Below, piece by piece: positions 56,920 to 64,000 of a stretch of 64,000 nt of DNA. Where the stretch lies: the NCBI RefSeq assembly GCF_009914755.1, contig NC_060947.1; one strand, given 5' to 3'. A program made the translations under genes and the position numbers. The notes under the pieces were generated by a model. That model saw nothing but the letters and a program-made list of their open reading frames with translations, ran no database searches and was not told the DNA's origin. Origin of the DNA: the human T2T-CHM13v2.0 reference genome, Homo sapiens. Numbering within the stretch: position 1 is the stretch's first letter; each line of letters starts with the position of its first letter.

Positions 56920-59900
56920 CCTAAAATGGGCAAACGGTCTGAGGTGCCTGACGTCCGGGCATTCTTTTACACATTGGTCCCTCCCTAGTCTCTGTTCCCA
57001 GTGCAACTCGTCTCAAATCTTCCCTCTTTCCCTCCCGCTTGTCCCCTCAGTCCCAAACCCAAGCATCGCTGAGTCTTTCTAATCTTCCTTTTCTACAGAC
57101 CCATCTGACCTCTCCCCCTCCTCGCCAGGCTGAGCTAGGTCCCACTTCTTCCTCAGCCTCCGCTCCTCCACCCTATAATCCTTTTATCACCTCCCCTCCT
57201 CACATCTGGTCCAGCTTACAGTTTTGTTCCGTGACTAGCCCTCCCCCACCTGCCCAGCAATTTACTCTTAAAAAGGTGGCTGGAGCTAAAGGCATAGTCA
57301 AGGTTAATATTCCTTTGTCTTTATCCCAAATCAGATAGCGTTTAGGCTCTTTTTCAACAAATATAAAAACCCAGCCCAGTTCATGGCTCGTTTGGCAGCA
57401 ACCCTGAGATGCTTTACAGCCCTAGACCCTAAAAGGTCCAAAGGCCGTCTTATTCTCAATATACATTTTATTACCCAATCTGCTCCCAACATTAATCTCC
57501 AAAAATTAAATTCCGGCCCTCAAACCCCACAACAGGAGTTAATTAACGTCGCCTTCAAGGTGTACAATAATGTAGAGGCAGCCAAGTAGCAACATATTTC
57601 TGAGTTGCAATTCCTTGCCTCCACCGTGAGACAAACCCCAGCCATATCTCCAGCACACAAGAACTTCCAAATGCCTAAACCGCAGTGGCCAGGCGTTCTT
57701 CCACGCCTGCCTCCCCTAGGAGCTTGCTACAAGTGCCAGACTGGCCAACAGGCCAAGGAATGTCCACAGCCCGGGATTCCTCCTAAGCTGCGTCCCATCT
57801 GTGCGGGACCCCACTGAAAATCGGACTGTTCAACTCACCTGGCCGCCACTCCCAGAGCCCCTGGAACTCTGACCCAAGGCTCTCTGACTCCTTCCCAGAT
57901 CTTCTTGGCTTAGCGGCTGAAGACTGACGCTGCCCAATCGCCTCGGAAGCCCCGTAGACCATCACAGACGCCAAGCTTTAGGTAACTCTCACAGTGGAGT
58001 GTTTAAGTCCGTCCCCTTCTTAATCAATACGGAGGCTACCCACTCCACGTTACCTTCTTTTCAAGGGCCTGTTTCCCTTGCCTCCATAACTGTTGTGGGT
58101 ATTGACAGCCAGGCTTCTAAACCTCTTAAAACTCCCCAACCCTGGTGCTAACTTAGACAATACTCTTTTAAGCACTCCTTTTTAGTTATCCCCACCTGCC
58201 CAGTTCCCTTATTAGGCCGAGACATTCTTTTAAGCACTCTTTTTTAGTTATCCCCACCTGCCCAGTTCCCTTATTAGGCCAAGACATTTTAACTAAATTA
58301 TCTGCTTCCCTGACTATTCCTAGGCTACAGCTGCACCTCATTGCCGCCCTTCTTCCCAGTCCAAAGCCTCCTTCACATCCTCCTCTTGTATCCCCCCACC
58401 TTAACCCAAAAGTATAGGATACCTCTACTCCCTCCTTGGCGACGGATCATGCACCCCTTACCATCTCATTAAAACCTAATCACCCTTACCCCGCTCAATG
58501 CCAATATCCCATCCCACAGCACGCTTTAAAAGTATTAAAGCCTGTTATCACTCGCCTGTTACAGCATGGCCTTTTAAAGCCTATAAACTCTCCTTACAAT
58601 TCCCCCATTTTACCTGTCCTAGAACCAGACAAGCCTTACAGGTTAGTTCAGGATCTGCGCCTTATCAACCAAATTGCTTTCCCTATCCACCCCGTGGTGC
58701 CGAACCCATATACTCTCCTATCCTCAATACCTCCCTCCACAACCCATTATTCTGTTCTAGATCTCAAACGTGCTTTTTTTTTTTACTATTCCTTTGCACC
58801 CTTCACCCCAGCCTCTCTTCACTTTCACTTGGACTGACCCTGACACCCATCAGGCTCAGCAAATTACCTGGGCTGTACTGCCTCAAGGCTTCACAGACAG
58901 CCCCTATTACTTCAGTCAAGCCCAAATTTCTTCCTCATCTGTTACCTATCTCGGCGTAATTCTCATAAAAACACACGTGCTCTCCCTGCCAATCGTGTTC
59001 AGCTGATCTCTCAAACCCCAAGAACTACAAAACAACAACTCCTTTCCTTCCTAGGTTGGATACTTTCGACTTTAGATACCTGGTTTTGCCATCCTAACAA
59101 AACCATTATATAAACTCACAAAAAGAAACCTAGCTGACCCCATAGATCCTAAATCCTTTCCCCACTCCTCTTTCCATTCCTTGAAGACAGTTTTAGAGAC
59201 TGGCCCCACCCTAGCTCCCCCGACTCATCTCTTTTCATTACCCACAGCCGAAGTGCAGGGCTATGCAATCGGAATTCTTACACAAGAACCGGGACCGTGC
59301 CCTGTAGCCTTTTTATCCAAACAACTTGACCTTACTGTTTTGCCCAGCCCTCGAGTCTGCGTGCAGCAGCCGCGGCTGCCGCCCTAATACTTTTAGAGGC
59401 CCTTAAAATCACAAACTATGCTCAACTCACTCTCTACAGTTCTCATAACTTCCAAAATCTATTTTCTTCCTCACACCTGACACATACACTTTCTGCTCCC
59501 CGGCTCCTTCAGCTGTACTCACTCTTTGTTGAGTCTCCCACAATTACCATCGTTCCTGGCCCGGACTTCAATCTGGCCTCCCACATTATTCCTGATACCA
59601 CACCTGACCCCCATGACTCTATCTCTCTGATCCACCTGACATTCACCCCATTTCCCCATATTTCCTTCTTTCCTGTTCCTCACCCTGATCACACTTGGTT
59701 TATTGATGGCAGTTCCACCAGGCCTAATGGCCACACACCAGCAAAGGCAGGCTATGCTATAGTACAAGCCACTAGCCCACCTCTTAGAACCTCTCATTTC
59801 CTTTCCATTGTGGAAATCTATCCTCAAGGAAATAACTTCTCAGTGTTCCATCTGCTATTCTACTACTCCTCAGGGATTATTCAGGCCCCCTTCCTTCCCT

Positions 59901-60420
59901 ACACATCAAGCTCGGGGATTTGTCCCCACCCAGGACTGACAATTGGCTTTACTCAACATGCCCCGAGTCAGAAAACTAAAATACCTCTTAGTCTGGTTAG
60001 ACAATTTCACTGGATAGGTAGAGGCCTTTCCTACAGGGTCTGAGAAGGTCACCGCAGTCATTTCTTCCCTTTTGTCAGACATAATTCCTCTGTTTAGCCT
60101 TCCCACCTCTATCCAGTCTGATAACGGACCAGCCTTTATTAGTCAAATCAGCCAAGCAGTTTTTCAGGCTCTTAGTATTCAGTGAAACCTTTATATCCCT
60201 TACAGTCCTCAGTCTTCAGGAAAAGTAGGACGGACTAATAGTCTTTTAAAAACACACCTCACCAAGCTCAGCCACCAACTTAAAAAGGAATGGACGATAC
60301 TTTTACCACTTTCCCTTCTCAGAATTCAGGCCTGTCCTCGGAATGCTACAGGGTACAGCCCATTTGAGCTCCCGTATAGATGCTCCTTTTTATTAGGCCC
60401 CAGTCTCATTCTAGACACCA
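56920..60420 (+). pseudogene. HERV-H gag-pro-pol remnants (multiple stops and frameshifts)
   Basis: PPPY motif and degenerate zinc knuckle (CYKCQTGQQAKEC); RT segments (QYPIP, NSPILPV, YRLVQDLR, LDLK, WAVLPQGF); RNase H/integrase remnants 59690-60400. Confidence 0.9.
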
Positions 60421-61017
60421 GACAACTTGGACTGTGCCCCAAAAAACTTGTCATCCCTACTACTTTCTCTCTAATCATACTCCTATTCACCATTCTCAAC
60501 TACTCGTAGACGCCCTGCTCTTGTTTACACTGCCAGTTTACACTGTTTCTCCAAGCCATCACAGCGGATATCTCCTGGTGCTATCCCCAAACTGCCACTC
60601 TTAACTCTTAAAGTAAATAAATAATCTTTGCTGGCAGGACTATGCTGAATCTCCTTAGGCACTCTCTAATTGGATGTCCTGGGTCATCCCAATTCTTAGA
60701 CCTTTAATACCTGTTTTTCTCTTTCTCTTATTCCATTTAGTTTTTCAATTCATACAAAACCATATCCAGGCCATCACCAATAATTCTACATGACAAATGT
60801 TTCTTCTAACAACCCCACAATACCACCCCTTACCACAAAATCTTCCTTCAGCTTAATCTCTCCCACTCTAGGTTCCCACGCCACCCCTAATCCCGCTGGA
60901 AGCAGCCCTGAGAAACATCACCCATTCTCTCTCCATACCACCCCCAAAAATTTTCGCCGTCCCAACACTTTACCATTATTTCATTTTATTTTTCTTATTA
61001 ATATAAGAAGACAGGAA

Positions 61018-61429
61018 TCTCAGGCCTCTGAGCCCAAGCTAAGCCATCATATCCCCTGTGACCTGCACGTACACATCCAGATGGCCAGTTCCTGCCTTAA
61101 CTGATGACATTCCACCACAAAAGAAATGAAAATGGCCTGTTCCTCCTTAACTGATGACATTGTCTTGTGAAATTCCTTCTCCTGGCTCATCCTGGCTCAA
61201 AAGCTCCCCTACAGAGCACCTTGTGACCCCCACTCCTGCCCACTAGAGAACAACCCCCTTTGACTGTAATTTTCCTTTACCTACCCAAATCTTATAAAAC
61301 GGCCCCACCCTTATCTCCCTTCGCTGAGTCTCTTTTCGGACTCAGCCCACCTGCACCCAGGTGAAATAAACAGCCTTGTTGCTCACACAAAGCCTGTTTG
61401 GTGGTGTCTTAACACGGACGGGAGTGAAA
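61018..61429 (+). promoter_or_regulatory. 3' LTR7
   Basis: About 25 substitutions and 2 indels versus the 5' LTR (hand count); AATAAA retained. Confidence 0.95.
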
Positions 61430-61909
61430 GTTATTGCCTCTCTTTTGAATAAAAACTATTGTAGCCAGAGTGAGATGATGTTTCATCACAGTTTGGATTT
61501 GCATTTCTCTCATGATCAATGATATTCAGCACCTTTTCATATACCTCTTTGCCATTTGTATGTATTTTTTTGAGAAATGTCTATTCAGATCTTTGGCCCA
61601 TTTTTAAATAGGTTATTAGATTTTTTCCTATAGAGTTGTTTGAGCTCCTTATATATTCTGGTTATTATTCCATTGTCAGACATATATAGCAAATATTTTC
61701 TTCCATTCTGTGGGTTGTTGTTACACTTGTTCATTGTATCCTTTGCTGTGCAAAAGCTTTTTAACTTGATATAATTCCATTTGTCCATTTTTGCTTTGGT
61801 TGCCTGTACTGTGGGGTATTACTCAAGAAATGTGTGCCCAATCCAATGTTCTGGAGAGTTTCCTCAATGTTTTATTTCACAGTGTCATAGTTGGAGGTCT
61901 TATATTTAA
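61430..61909 (-). mobile_element. L1MA continuation after HERV-H
   Basis: agcatttgttat|tgcctctcttttg is collinear across the provirus; degenerate ORF2 C-terminal sequence ([16 protein letters not shown]). Confidence 0.85.
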
Positions 61910-61910
61910 G

Positions 61911-64000
<2,090 letters not shown>

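Larger units (their letters stand above)
55726..61429 (+). mobile_element. HERV-H provirus with two LTR7 LTRs, 5704 bp, common internally deleted form
   Basis: 5-bp TSD GTTAT (55721-55725, 61430-61434); His PBS; gag/pro/pol remnants; PPT ataagaagacaggaa before the 3' LTR. Confidence 0.97.

Noticed and set aside
58436-59006. Retroviral RT ORFs as a functional gene
   Set aside because: Frameshifted at a T-run and interrupted; typical defective HERV-H pol.

Overview
Primate, very probably human, genomic DNA covering the 3' end of IL1RAPL1 on the + strand. The gene is recognised from its translated exons; the Xp21 location and exon numbers come from prior knowledge. Four spliced coding exons are present: 125-270 (end of third Ig domain), 21832-21975 (transmembrane), 34703-34873 and 35283-36001 (TIR domain and C-terminal tail ending ETSISSVIW). 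An Alu/L1-free stretch follows that may be a ~6.3-kb 3'UTR. The rest is intronic or intergenic, with Alu, MIR, L2, L3, L1, MER5/MER20 and MLT1 repeats, plus a two-LTR HERV-H provirus (55726-61429) and a young L1PA, both inserted in an old L1MA. Most ORFs in the supplied track are repeat-derived or chance. The least-explained structures are: (1) an ungapped 105-bp, 84%-identical inverted repeat pair 1.8 kb apart in intron 8, not matching any repeat I recognise; (2) two local copy-paste events just past the gene end, each copying downstream sequence up to an A-tract into an upstream site with flanking duplications, which suggests cis RNA-templated insertion; (3) a possible intronic poly(A) route to a soluble ectodomain. 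Alignments were done by eye and repeat subfamily calls are from memory of consensus sequences.
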